Positions 28,909 through 39,200 of a stretch of DNA of 63,273 bases are shown here, piece by piece. The position numbers were made by a program, and so were the translations under genes. A model generated the notes under the pieces. It had not been told where the DNA came from and searched no databases. It saw only the letters and a list, made by a program, of their open reading frames with translations. The DNA is from Planctomycetota bacterium. Its GTDB lineage: Bacteria > Planctomycetota > UBA8108 > UBA1146. How positions within the stretch are numbered: position 1 is the stretch's first letter; every line of letters starts with the position of its first letter. The stretch lies in the NCBI GenBank assembly GCA_036338595.1, contig JAYZBV010000111.1, positions 1-63,273 of the forward strand, given 5' to 3'.

Positions 28909-31041
28909 ATGACTTCGAACTATCGAATGCCATCCTGGTCTTCCTGCTGCTGCCTGTCGGTACTACTGATGTCGCTGGTCGGTTGCCAGCCCACCTCTGG
29001 ACCCGAACTGATCTCGGCACGAGTAGAGGGTGTTGTCGAGGACGGGCTTGGCGAGAAGGACCGGATCATCCTGGTTCTCGACACGGCGGTGGAATTGCCT
29101 CAACGCCCGCGACTGGGATTGATCCTGAAGGGCGCAAACGGTTCGGAACAATACTCCATCGAGCGTGGCGAGGCCCGTAATGTACTGATCGTCGAGATCG
29201 AATCGGGGTTGGATCACCTGGTCTCCCCCGCGGGCACATCTTCTGACGGCTGGTTGTCACTCTCCCTCGATCTGGGACTGATCGGACTCCTGGATGAAGA
29301 CGGAGCCCCTTTGCATGGCATCGTGGGCCCCATCGGACTCGACTTCCCCGCGCCCGATCCAGCGCTACTCATCGAAGCGCGCTGGGTCGATTCCGATCGA
29401 AGTTCAACAGTAAATCAGGAGGACCTCCTGATCCTTAGATGGGACCAACCGGTCCAGTTCTCTGAAGCCATCCAGGCGCGGCAACTGGAGATATCTTCCA
29501 GCTTGATCCGTCTCTCGGTCACCGGAGATCAACTGGGAACAGCCGGATCACCTGCTCGATTCCTCGATGGTCCCTTCTCGAATGAAACCAGAATCCTGCT
29601 CGGTGAGTCCCCATCCCTCACCATCGACGGAGTGCACGAGCATGGCCGTTCCAACTTCGAGGGCTCTCCAAGCGGCATCTTCGTCGGTGGTACCACGATC
29701 TTGCCGACTTCTGATCTGGTGACCGAACAGGGCGGTGGCGTTGCCTCTCCGGTGGTGGTCGACATCGACGGAGATTGTGCGCCCTGGCAAGAACTTGAAC
29801 TCCCGGCTGGCCTCCCCGCACTCGACGGCCACACTCTGACCCGATTGCCCGATGGCAAGGTACTGGTCGCCGGCGGCAGATCGATGATGGCCGGAAGTGC
29901 TGGAAGAGTTCTGGCGAGTGGATGGATCATCGACCCGATGGGAAACCACCTGGGCCCGCTGGCGATGCAATCGCCGCGCTGGGGTCATTGTGCCACCTTG
30001 TTGCCTGGCAGGGACAAACAGGAGGGAACAGCTGACGACGTCGTACTGATCACCGGTGGCTATGACGGTGCTGGAGCTCGTGACGATTCCGAGGTGTTAC
30101 TCCTTCAGGGCAATCCTCCGGAGTTCATCCCGGTCGATAGCGATACTCCGTCGAGCCCAAGATTCGAGCACTCTGCACACCCTCTCGGCAACCTCAATAC
30201 GGTGATCCTGGTTGCTGGTCGCCTCGATGGAAAACTGAATGGAGTCGTCGAACAAATCGAATTGCAGCTGACAGATACCAATACTGGCCCGAAGGCACAG
30301 AGCATCACTCACCAGGTCGGAGAACTCCGATTCCCTCGCCACCAGCACGGCTCGATCTTGTTTGAAGATTCTGAACAACCACTGCTACTCCTCTATGGCG
30401 GTTACGGGGGCTCGCTCGGCACTCCACATGTTCAGTACGATGCAGAGCACTGCCGCGTCATCGATTCTCCGGAAGCCTTCCGGATACGCCCCGATGCGAG
30501 ATTCGCAAGGAAGGTACTGATCGAGGACGCCGAATCGAATCTCCCCGGCCCGAGAAGGGGCTTGCGACTTCACCCAATCGGAGACAGTTCTGCCCAGGGC
30601 AACCGAGCACTACTGGTGGCCGGGACGCGCAGAGAGCCAACCAGAGACGCAGTGTCACCCTTCCAGGTGGCAGAACTTCGCACCAGTTACCTGCTCGAGC
30701 AGGAGGAAACGAGACACGGAAAGGTCCGGCTGCGATGGGTCCCGGCAGGCCGGCTACCGGTAGAGATGGTTGGATCCTGCATCGCCGAACTGCCTGGCGG
30801 TCGAATTCTGATTGCAGGTGGATCGGACAGGAATGGCATGCCAACCGCCGAGGCAGTGATCTTCGACCCCTTCTCGGGAGGAATCGAACGCATCTGCAAG
30901 CCACTGAGCAGGGAATCGTCTCGCGGAGTGGAGATGCTTCTGGCACCTCAGGCGGTGTCACTCTGGGGCGGAGCACTGATCGTGGCCGCATCCCCGGAGA
31001 GCCGAACCAGTCGCGCATTGCTGTTCAAATCGGGTGAATGA
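28909..31041 (+). CDS. Lipoprotein with N-terminal beta-rich domains and C-terminal Kelch-type propeller
   Basis: Lipobox LVG|C; GHTLTRLPDGKVLVAGG, PRWGHCATLL, PRFEHSA, PRHQHGS, LPGGRILIAGG; ATG 28909 with RBS GAGGA. Confidence 0.78.
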   Translation: MTSNYRMPSWSSCCCLSVLLMSLVGCQPTSGPELISARVEGVVEDGLGEKDRIILVLDTAVELPQRPRLGLILKGANGSEQYSIERGEARNVLIVEIESGLDHLVSPAGTSSDGWLSLSLDLGLIGLLDEDGAPLHGIVGPIGLDFPAPDPALLIEARWVDSDRSSTVNQEDLLILRWDQPVQFSEAIQARQLEISSSLIRLSVTGDQLGTAGSPARFLDGPFSNETRILLGESPSLTIDGVHEHGRSNFEGSPSGIFVGGTTILPTSDLVTEQGGGVASPVVVDIDGDCAPWQELELPAGLPALDGHTLTRLPDGKVLVAGGRSMMAGSAGRVLASGWIIDPMGNHLGPLAMQSPRWGHCATLLPGRDKQEGTADDVVLITGGYDGAGARDDSEVLLLQGNPPEFIPVDSDTPSSPRFEHSAHPLGNLNTVILVAGRLDGKLNGVVEQIELQLTDTNTGPKAQSITHQVGELRFPRHQHGSILFEDSEQPLLLLYGGYGGSLGTPHVQYDAEHCRVIDSPEAFRIRPDARFARKVLIEDAESNLPGPRRGLRLHPIGDSSAQGNRALLVAGTRREPTRDAVSPFQVAELRTSYLLEQEETRHGKVRLRWVPAGRLPVEMVGSCIAELPGGRILIAGGSDRNGMPTAEAVIFDPFSGGIERICKPLSRESSRGVEMLLAPQAVSLWGGALIVAASPESRTSRALLFKSGE

Positions 31042-31053
31042 GCGCGACTATCT

Positions 31054-31602
31054 CTATGGTGTCGTCTCTTCCCCGGTGTAATTGACGAGTTCAAGGACCA
31101 ATGCCCATGCGTCCTCGTCAGTGCCTTTCTTGGCCTTGGAAGTGAGCTCGATCTTATCGAACCCGAGGTGCGGAGCTCGAGTCTGTATGTTTGCCAGAAA
31201 AGTGATGTGCTCACGCAGGGGTTTATTCTCGAATGTTGCGTGGTAGGTGTTCTTTGTCAGTGCGCCGGTCTTGTTCGAATCGTTACTGGCACTCTTGATC
31301 ACAGGCTTGGCGGTGGAATTCTTCATCCCCTCGATGATCTCCGTGATCGTGGTGCTGATCTTGCCCGAGTTCTTCTTGCTCTCCTCTCGGCGCAGAGGCT
31401 CCAGGACCACTTCCTTGCTGTCTGCACTGTCGAGCAGTTCTTTCAGTGACATCAGGTTCTGGTTCTCCCGGACAGCAGCGACCCTGTATTTTTCAGCACC
31501 GTTCTGCAACCACAGTGCCCAGCCTCCAAAGACCGCCGAGCAGAGGAACAAGGTGAGCAGCAAGATCTGGGTCAGATCACTGGTTTGTTGCTTGGCAGCC
31601 AT
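31054..31602 (-). CDS. GspM/PilO-like bitopic protein
   Basis: N-terminal TM, coiled coil, ferredoxin-like C-terminus (LREHITFLANIQ..FDKIEL); last gene of the K-C-L-M unit. Confidence 0.6.
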   Translation of the reverse strand: MAAKQQTSDLTQILLLTLFLCSAVFGGWALWLQNGAEKYRVAAVRENQNLMSLKELLDSADSKEVVLEPLRREESKKNSGKISTTITEIIEGMKNSTAKPVIKSASNDSNKTGALTKNTYHATFENKPLREHITFLANIQTRAPHLGFDKIELTSKAKKGTDEDAWALVLELVNYTGEETTP

Positions 31603-31604
31603 CT

Positions 31605-33329
31605 TCAGCTCCTCCCCGCGGTTCCGGTGACGCTGGACTTCAGTTTCAATTTCAATGTGACTCTCATCAATTCACCATCCGCCTTGATGTCGTCCTCGAC
31701 GGTGAAGTACTTCGAGCGCTGTTCGAGTGCCGTGACCACCCGTTCCGCTGCTGAGGCATCGGCGACCAGAAACACCACGTCGGAGGAACTATTCTTCGAT
31801 TTTGCTCCTCGAATCAAGATCTTCATCCATTTCGGATATACCTTCGGATTCGCTGATGTGGCACCAAGGGTCACATCTGAAACCATGTCGAGTCCTGGCA
31901 GGTACTGCACGATCCGGGCACGCCGGTTATCACCTGAACCACCCTTGAGTTGCTGGATTTTGTTCTCGGCGCTGCGAAGAATGTTATTGGTGGTTCGGGG
32001 TGGAGCATCGAACCTTGCCACGTAAATGTCTTCCTGATTCTTGAGAACCAGTTCGAACTCGGCCCTCCGTAATTGCTTCTCCTGGTGTGTATCCACGAGC
32101 CATGACACCGACATGGTGCACAGGATGAAGGCCATCAACAGCAATCCAGGAAGCAACTTTGCGAAGCGTCGTTCATACTTGTGCTCTTCCTTACGAAGAT
32201 CAAAGTTGGTCAACCCCTGACCTGCAGACTGCAGGGAGAGGCCCACCGCCACTGCGCCCGATCGGTTACACCGATCGACCAGATCAAGACCGATGGAACT
32301 CTCGACTCCGTCGCAAACTCGTAACTGCTGCGCGGGTACATCGAACTCCTCTGACAGCCGATCTGCGATTCCCAGGTCACAGGCAGCACTTCCCGAGACC
32401 ACTATCCTGTCGAGTGGCGATCTCATCAGGATCCCGGCAAAGGTACGCTCGATCTCCGTGAAGAGTCGGTCAACCACTTCGTCAGGATCTGCAGGGGGCA
32501 AGGGGGGTGAGGAGGTCAATTCTTCGTTCAGCTTCTCGAACTCCTCATCGGAAACGACGGCAATCGACAGTTCGTCATCCTGCGTCACATCATCACCGAT
32601 CGCTCCCTGCTGCATCAGATCTGCAAATTCTTGAGCTGAACCCGAATCTCCATCCCGCTCATCCGGAGCGTGCCCACCAGCGGTGGTGAGGGTTGGAATC
32701 GTCGAGGGGCGAAGATGGTTGGAAGTGGATCGGATCTTGGTGATCCGCCCCTCCTCGAGCATCACGAAGGTCGTATGACCCGCTTCCATGCCGATGAGCA
32801 GGGTTCTGCCGCCACGGAGATCCGGCCTGGCGACGTGCAGCGCAGTGGCCAGGGCAGTGGCATCTACCTCGATCTGAATCGGGTCCACATCCCCTTCTCG
32901 AAGCATATCCAGATGGGCTCCGACGGTCTCTTTCTGAATGGCGCTGATCAACAATCTGCTGGAGTCTTCCTCCTCTGAACACTTGATGTACTCGATGATC
33001 AGATCATCGATGGAAGCAGAGGGGAGGTGGCCCTCACTCTCGTAACGAATCGTTTTCGCGATGACGTCGTCACGCGTAAAGGGAACCGATATCTCACGGA
33101 GAGTCGTCATCCGGGTCGGGATGCACGAGACAACATCCATCGACTTCTTGGAATCCCCGGATAGAGATGTACGGAGAATCTCAGCGAGAGATTCAACTCT
33201 CTCCTCGCTCGTTTCACCGGAGATTCTCGCCTCGATGTAGTCGACGATGGTGGTCCGCTTCGAGGTGGAATCGACCACCGCGATACAGACTTCAGATCCA
33301 TCGATCTCTATTCCTGCGTGCAGTGCCAC
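31605..33329 (-). CDS. GspL / PilM-PilN-like assembly protein (actin-like cytoplasmic domain, TM, periplasmic domain)
   Basis: AGIEIDGSEV, LREISVPF, IRYESEGHLP, LLIGMEAGHTTF, IVVSGSAA, AVAVGLSL..NFDLRK, then TM. Confidence 0.8.
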   Translation of the reverse strand: MALHAGIEIDGSEVCIAVVDSTSKRTTIVDYIEARISGETSEERVESLAEILRTSLSGDSKKSMDVVSCIPTRMTTLREISVPFTRDDVIAKTIRYESEGHLPSASIDDLIIEYIKCSEEEDSSRLLISAIQKETVGAHLDMLREGDVDPIQIEVDATALATALHVARPDLRGGRTLLIGMEAGHTTFVMLEEGRITKIRSTSNHLRPSTIPTLTTAGGHAPDERDGDSGSAQEFADLMQQGAIGDDVTQDDELSIAVVSDEEFEKLNEELTSSPPLPPADPDEVVDRLFTEIERTFAGILMRSPLDRIVVSGSAACDLGIADRLSEEFDVPAQQLRVCDGVESSIGLDLVDRCNRSGAVAVGLSLQSAGQGLTNFDLRKEEHKYERRFAKLLPGLLLMAFILCTMSVSWLVDTHQEKQLRRAEFELVLKNQEDIYVARFDAPPRTTNNILRSAENKIQQLKGGSGDNRRARIVQYLPGLDMVSDVTLGATSANPKVYPKWMKILIRGAKSKNSSSDVVFLVADASAAERVVTALEQRSKYFTVEDDIKADGELMRVTLKLKLKSSVTGTAGRS

Positions 33330-33363
33330 GACAGGCTCCTCTCGCTCTCACTCGGGATGGGAA

Positions 33364-34518
33364 TCAGCGTTGATCTGGCTGATTGGGCTGCTGAGCTCGA
33401 TTCAGTTCTTCCAGTCGGCGGATCGCCTCCTGGGGGTTGGCCTCGATATCGACTCCGAGAGTCGATTCAATCGTCGTTCGCGTCACCCTGGCACCAGGTG
33501 ACTTGGCCCCCGCACCACTCTTCATCGTTGGAGCAGCGGGTGCTGGCTTCCGACCGGTCCTCTCCGCTCTGGGGTCTCGGATGTCACCCCTTCGAGTTCT
33601 CACATTGGGATTGGGTGTGGCACCCGCGGCCGGTGTCCTGACAGCTCCGGGGGGGGGCGCTCCTCGCGCCCTGGAAGCCGCAGTGCCCGGTAACTCCTTG
33701 CCGTCACTGCCGCGGATCGCACCTCGCACATCGGTCGGGATGGAGGCTGATTTGCTGGCTCCTGGAGGAGCGAGCGATCCGCCGGTGAGCAGATCCAGTT
33801 CTTCAGGGCTGAAGCCCCGAAGCACCAGGACATTTCCCTCCTCGTGAATCACGGGGTCTATCTTGGACTCCTGTCGCAGCGTGTAACTGCGGCCGTTGTG
33901 CTCATAGATGACCTGTTTCGGCTGGTCCTGAATATCAACCACCATGTAGGTGTTCTCATCGATGCGAAACGATTTTCCTTGCTCGAGGTATCTCACCCGT
34001 TGATTTGAAATCTGTGTACGGCCCGGCGACCGTGAGCTGGCACGACTGGTCGGAGAGCGGCTACTACCACGGGTCGATCCCCGGGAGGAACCTCTGACTC
34101 GGCTGGTGTTGATGGTGCGTCCACGCGTCGCTGAATTGATAACCGAGGTCTGCCCCTTCTCCTGGATCGAAGCGAAGCGCTGACCCTCGGGAGAATAGAT
34201 GACACCCACGATATCCCAATCACCGATGGGACCTGAATCGAGTTGAGGCAATACCGGATCGGTTGTCGGCTTCACCGGCGCAGTGCGTACAGGCGGTGCG
34301 ACGAGGTAGAGATCTCGAATGATGTCACGGTACTGATTGGGAACAGGGCGCGCTGCCTGCTCCTTCAACTCGAAGTCCACCGGATTGAACAGGCGAACCT
34401 GGGTTCCCTGCGGTGAATCGTCCAGAAGACCGAAAAACACGAACCCGAGCAGGGTCAATGCCGCGACATTGAACAGTAACAATCCGACTCGTAGTAACCG
34501 GATGCTCACTTTTGGCAT
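33364..34518 (-). CDS. GspC-like protein (TM + HR-like domain, disordered basic tail, no PDZ)
   Basis: N-terminal TM; WDIVGVIYS..FASIQ..LEQGKSF..VVDI..VIYEHNGRSYTL resembles the GspC HR/PilP fold; position between gspK and gspL. Confidence 0.6.
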   Translation of the reverse strand: MPKVSIRLLRVGLLLFNVAALTLLGFVFFGLLDDSPQGTQVRLFNPVDFELKEQAARPVPNQYRDIIRDLYLVAPPVRTAPVKPTTDPVLPQLDSGPIGDWDIVGVIYSPEGQRFASIQEKGQTSVINSATRGRTINTSRVRGSSRGSTRGSSRSPTSRASSRSPGRTQISNQRVRYLEQGKSFRIDENTYMVVDIQDQPKQVIYEHNGRSYTLRQESKIDPVIHEEGNVLVLRGFSPEELDLLTGGSLAPPGASKSASIPTDVRGAIRGSDGKELPGTAASRARGAPPPGAVRTPAAGATPNPNVRTRRGDIRDPRAERTGRKPAPAAPTMKSGAGAKSPGARVTRTTIESTLGVDIEANPQEAIRRLEELNRAQQPNQPDQR

Positions 34519-34540
34519 CGTTTGATCCTCCGCACCGCGT

Positions 34541-36064
34541 TCAGCGGCGCACTTCCTTCCAGGAGATCACCAGCACATGCTGGCCCTTCCTGGCGCACAC
34601 CATTCTACCCGAGAGCGAACGGTCCTCGCTCGTTCCTTCGATAGTAGTGGTGAAAAAATTACTGGAAAATGTGGAATGTTCTTCGAGGTCTTGCTGCAAA
34701 AGCTCGAAAATCGAGTCTTCGCTGGCTCCCCCGTCTTGCCACGACTCATCGACCTGATTGAGTTGATCGAAGCTGGTGAAGTGCTGAAATTGCTGCTCTA
34801 CCTCTTCATCGACGCCAATATCGCTGAGGAGGTCCTCGAGGATCTCACCGGTGACCTCGTCGATCTCCTGCTGGTAACTATTGCAGTGATCCCGGATCTG
34901 CCAGGCGATCTCCTTTGCTTCATCAAAATCATCAAAGGAACGCAGCAGTGCGATCAAGACCTCCGGTCGGGCAGTGTTGAGATTGATCTTGCCGGAGGAG
35001 TTCGCAGTCAACACGTGACGAAGGCCGATCGGGGTCGGAATCTGGTCGACTCCGCCATCGAGCAGTTCAAATCCTGAAGCCTCAAGTCCGTCGAAGGATC
35101 CGGGGAGCAGTGAGCCAAGGTCATCCATCCACTCGTCAGAATTTTCTTGCTCTCTCTCGTAATCCTCTTCCAGGGTGGCAGGATCGATGGGGCCATTGAA
35201 GAGCTCCCACGAGACATCATCGAGGTTCCGGATCGAATCCAGACTGCGGATTCTGCGCGTTTGCTCATCCAGAACCCGTTGATGAACCAGCGATACGATC
35301 GCTTCCGCTGCACCCTGAGGGTCGGGAACATCGTTATAGTCAAATCCACTTTCAGTGTTGAAATCGATCACGGCTTCGATCAATCGCTCGAGCATCACCG
35401 TGGCATCATCGACTTCTTCTTGCTCCGGGATGATGTATTCCTCGAGGAGCTCTTCGTCCTCTCCACCCTGATCTGCACTGCCACCAGGTGATTCATCACC
35501 TCCATCGGAATCAGTCTCATCTTCCTCGGCGACCCTGACGAGAGTGAAGATGTGATTGAGATCGATGCAGGACTCGCCATCGATCACCAGGCCAGCGATC
35601 TGCACCTGATTGATGGAATCCTGGATGGGGTAAGCCCAAGCATCATGAGGAGTATCCGCCGGGGTGTTGGACTCGCGAGATCCCCCGTCATCGGAACCCT
35701 GTGCGCCACCTCCCGAACCAGGCAAGGTGACCCCACCGGGCAACTCGAGACCCCCACCGCCAGTAGTGAGCAGGGAATCATCTTCGATCCCATCGTCGAA
35801 GTATCCGAGATCCTCCATCAGATCGGAGGAGAGACTCTGGAGAACCTGGCGTGCGGTCGCCTGGACGGCATAGGAGATGGAGACCCGACCCTGTCGATTG
35901 CGGGAGATGCGCTCCTCGATCTTGGTGACGAAGAGCAGTTGCGTGATGACGACCGTCAGCACCAGCACCAGGATCAGCACCACGAACAGTGCCATACCCT
36001 GCTGAGAGCAGTCGGATTCGTGGATCCTGTCATCGGGCTGATGCATCGTCGACTCCGGTTTCAC
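34541..36064 (-). CDS. gspK: Minor pseudopilin GspK (very acidic)
   Basis: QG|MALFVVLILV lacking E5; IDGESCIDLN; GKINLNTARPEVLIALL; SSNFF; start GTG 36064 or ATG 36046. Confidence 0.88.
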   Translation of the reverse strand: MKPESTMHQPDDRIHESDCSQQGMALFVVLILVLVLTVVITQLLFVTKIEERISRNRQGRVSISYAVQATARQVLQSLSSDLMEDLGYFDDGIEDDSLLTTGGGGLELPGGVTLPGSGGGAQGSDDGGSRESNTPADTPHDAWAYPIQDSINQVQIAGLVIDGESCIDLNHIFTLVRVAEEDETDSDGGDESPGGSADQGGEDEELLEEYIIPEQEEVDDATVMLERLIEAVIDFNTESGFDYNDVPDPQGAAEAIVSLVHQRVLDEQTRRIRSLDSIRNLDDVSWELFNGPIDPATLEEDYEREQENSDEWMDDLGSLLPGSFDGLEASGFELLDGGVDQIPTPIGLRHVLTANSSGKINLNTARPEVLIALLRSFDDFDEAKEIAWQIRDHCNSYQQEIDEVTGEILEDLLSDIGVDEEVEQQFQHFTSFDQLNQVDESWQDGGASEDSIFELLQQDLEEHSTFSSNFFTTTIEGTSEDRSLSGRMVCARKGQHVLVISWKEVRR

Positions 36065-36109
36065 GATCGAGGCCCCCGTCGAATCGAGAGTCTCTCTGCC
36101 CTATTGATC

Positions 36110-36125
36110 GGCAGATCTCGTGCCA
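36110..36125 (-). promoter_or_regulatory. Putative sigma54 promoter for gspK-C-L-M
   Basis: - strand TGGCACGAGATCTGCC: TGGCACG + GG-N10-GC, 45 bp upstream of gspK. Confidence 0.8.
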
Positions 36126-36270
36126 TTCTATAGCGAACCGGGCGCCCAGGGCGAATCATCGGCAGAATCATAACTTCAATAATAACAACAGGATACAATC
36201 CTGGACCTGAATTCCCTGAGACGGTAGATGGGGACCACGCCTGAAGTGGGGCAGATAGTGTTCAGAATCA

Positions 36271-39200
36271 CTACACTCTTGCGGGTTCTGCGTCGATCAC
36301 TGGCCCCGAATCTTCCTTCGGGCTCCTCAGAACCAGGGTGAGAACCGCCGGCAGCACCACCAGCGTCAGCAGGGTCGAGGCGGCGAGACCACCGACGATC
36401 GCCTTGCCAAGGGTGTTGAACTGCGGGCCGGTCAACATCTCGGTTCCATAAGCCATCGGAACCAGTCCCAGGATCGTCGTCAGAGCCGTGATGAGGATCG
36501 GCCGAAATCTATCGCAGGCACCCAGTCGTATCGCATCCGTCGGAGTCTCTCCTTCATCGATTCTTCGCCTGACCTGATCGATGAGAACGATGCCATTGTT
36601 GACGACAATTCCGCACAGCAGGATCAACCCGACCGCAGCAGGAGTATCCAGAGCATCGCCCTGGAGCCACAGCGACCAGATCACTCCCGGAACCGCCAGC
36701 AAGACCGTGATCATCAGGATCAATGGAGTACGTAGCGATTCGAAGAGGCAGGCGAGAACCAGGTAAACCAGAAAAATCGAGAGATACAGCCCTTCACTGA
36801 AGGAACTCTGATTGCGCCATCGCCCGGACCAGCCCTCTCCCAGGTCCCAGCTATACCCCACCGGCATCGGATAGGATGCGAGTGCTTGCTCGAGACGCTG
36901 CTGAATCTCGTCCTTGACCGCCACATCGTATTGAGCGGAAACGGAGATCGAACTTCGTCGATCGTCGCGCCGAGGCCTGCTCGGAGCCTCGACCTGCTCA
37001 AGGCTACCGATCTCATCGATGGGAAGTTCCAGGTCATCACTGAGAGGAAATCGCATGAAATTCAATTCCTCCACCGAGTCCGTCTCTTCCTCATCGAGAC
37101 CGAGGGTGATGTCCAGATCTCCTGACCGGGTTCGCAACTGGCTGAGTCGGTTTCCGGAGAAAGCAGCGCTGATACTGCGAGCCACCGTGGCCCCGGATAC
37201 CTGCAACCGCCCCAGTAAGTCCTCGTCCGGCTTGAGGTGCAGTTCGTCCACTTCTTCGCGACGAGAGATCTCCGCATCGATCACTCCCTCGACACCCTTC
37301 AGATATTGCGCCACCTTTTCGCCCAGATCTTGTAGTAGAGCGGTGGAATCTCCTCGTAACCTGACATTGAAGGATCCCGCAGTGGAATTGCCTCCGCCAC
37401 CGTGACCACGTCCACCCCAGCCCCAGCCATCGTCAGTGCGGATCCGGATGCCGGGAACCTTGGGCAGCACGGTATTCAGTCTCCCCCTCAACGCCGTGAT
37501 GTAATCCTCTGTCGCCATCTCTGCGGGCGGATAGATACGCGTCATCGCATACCCATCGGTGTACCAGGAATAGATATCGCTCTCTCCAATGATGTCCCGC
37601 TTTGAATCGAGCAGCGTCTCGACCTCTGTGACCACTTTCTCCATCTCTCTGAAATCGAGGCCCTCTTCCGGCCGATAGGAGATATTTGCGTAGCTCGACT
37701 TCCAATCTGGATCGGAGAGATCCATCCGGAATCCATTCTCGAAAGGGATCATGACGCTAGTGGTCGCAGCGATCGCCAGCAATATCGTGACGAAGCGGTG
37801 CTTCATTGCAGATCGAAGTAACTGCTCGTATCTGCCACGAAAGGCGAGGAACCACGAAGATATCCCCGGGTCGCCACCCGAGTAAATCCGAGCTGCAACC
37901 ATCGGGACTAGCGTCAGGGAGACGAACAAACTGGCAGCGATGGTCAGCGAGATCACGAGCCCCACGCTGCTCAACGCATCAGAAAATCCATTCCTCTCGG
38001 AGATGAACACCGGCAGGAACACCACCATGGTGGTGAGGGTCGCTGCAAAAACAGGCGTCGCCACCTCCATCGTCCCTTTCGTGGCTGCAGTGACGGGATC
38101 ATCCCCCAGACCCGCTCGGCGAACGATGGACTCGACCACAACAACTGCAGTGTCCACCAGCATTCCGACTCCGAGCATCAGAGCCATGATGGTGATGATA
38201 TTCAGTTCCTTATCCAGAAGGTGCAGCACCGCCAGAGCTGAGAGAACCGAGATGGGGATCGCCATTCCCACCAGTAACGTGGCCGAAAAGCGCCTCAGGA
38301 ACAGGAACAGGATCACGAGCGCCATACCGCCCCCGATGAATCCAGCGTCACGAAGCCGCTCGAGCGAACTGACGATCATCTGACCCTGGTCTTGCCAGAC
38401 AAGCAGGTTGATTCCCGCCAGTTGTGGATCCTGGGAGATCCTTTCCACTTCGGCTCTCACCATGCGACACACCTCGACGGTGTTCGCTCCCGACTCCTGT
38501 GAGATCTCCAGCGAGACGGCATAGGAGCCGTTGAGATGGCGCCCCCATCGTAGGTCTCCCTCTTCCTTTTCGATGGTTGCCACCTGGCCCAGACGCAAGC
38601 CGTTGGCATTGATGGGAAGCTGGTGAAGAGCTTCGACATCGGGAAGAGCATTGATGAGCCGTAAACGACGGACCTTTCCGTCACTCCAGACTCTGCCAAT
38701 GGTGATGTCGATGTTGGCGTTCCGGATCGCCTGGGATACGCGGCCCAGGGTCAATCCGTGGCGCTCGAGATCCCCCTTCGTGAAGGTGATCTTCACCTCC
38801 TGAGGAGTGACGCCATCGAGTTCCACCTGGCCAACGCCATCCAGTCGTTCGAGCGGCCTCTGGATCCGGTTGACCAGCAGTTCATAATTCTCGGAGAGAT
38901 CGACACCGACAGCGCTGATGCGAGCTTCCATGATGGCATCGCCATCTGCGCCCCAACCTCCGGTTCTGATCTGTACACGCTCGATGTCTTCGACAGGGAG
39001 CTGGTCCATCGCCCGAGCGACCCGCTCCCGAACCTCGACCTTCACGGTATCCAGGTCTTCACCATAATTGAATCGCAGTGTCACTCTTGCGTTGTTCTCC
39101 CGGGATTCGCTGCTGATTCCCCGCAATCCGCGAAGGGTAGCGAGCGCCTCCTCGAGAGGAAGCACGACCTCGTTTTCCACCTGAATGGGCGAAGCATTGG

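Noticed and set aside
17272..36064. Type IV pilus interpretation of the cluster
   Set aside because: GspG, J and K signature motifs, an N0-N3 secretin and no PilT retraction ATPase favour a T2SS. The prepilin peptidase is not in the window, and a pilus-like function cannot be fully excluded.
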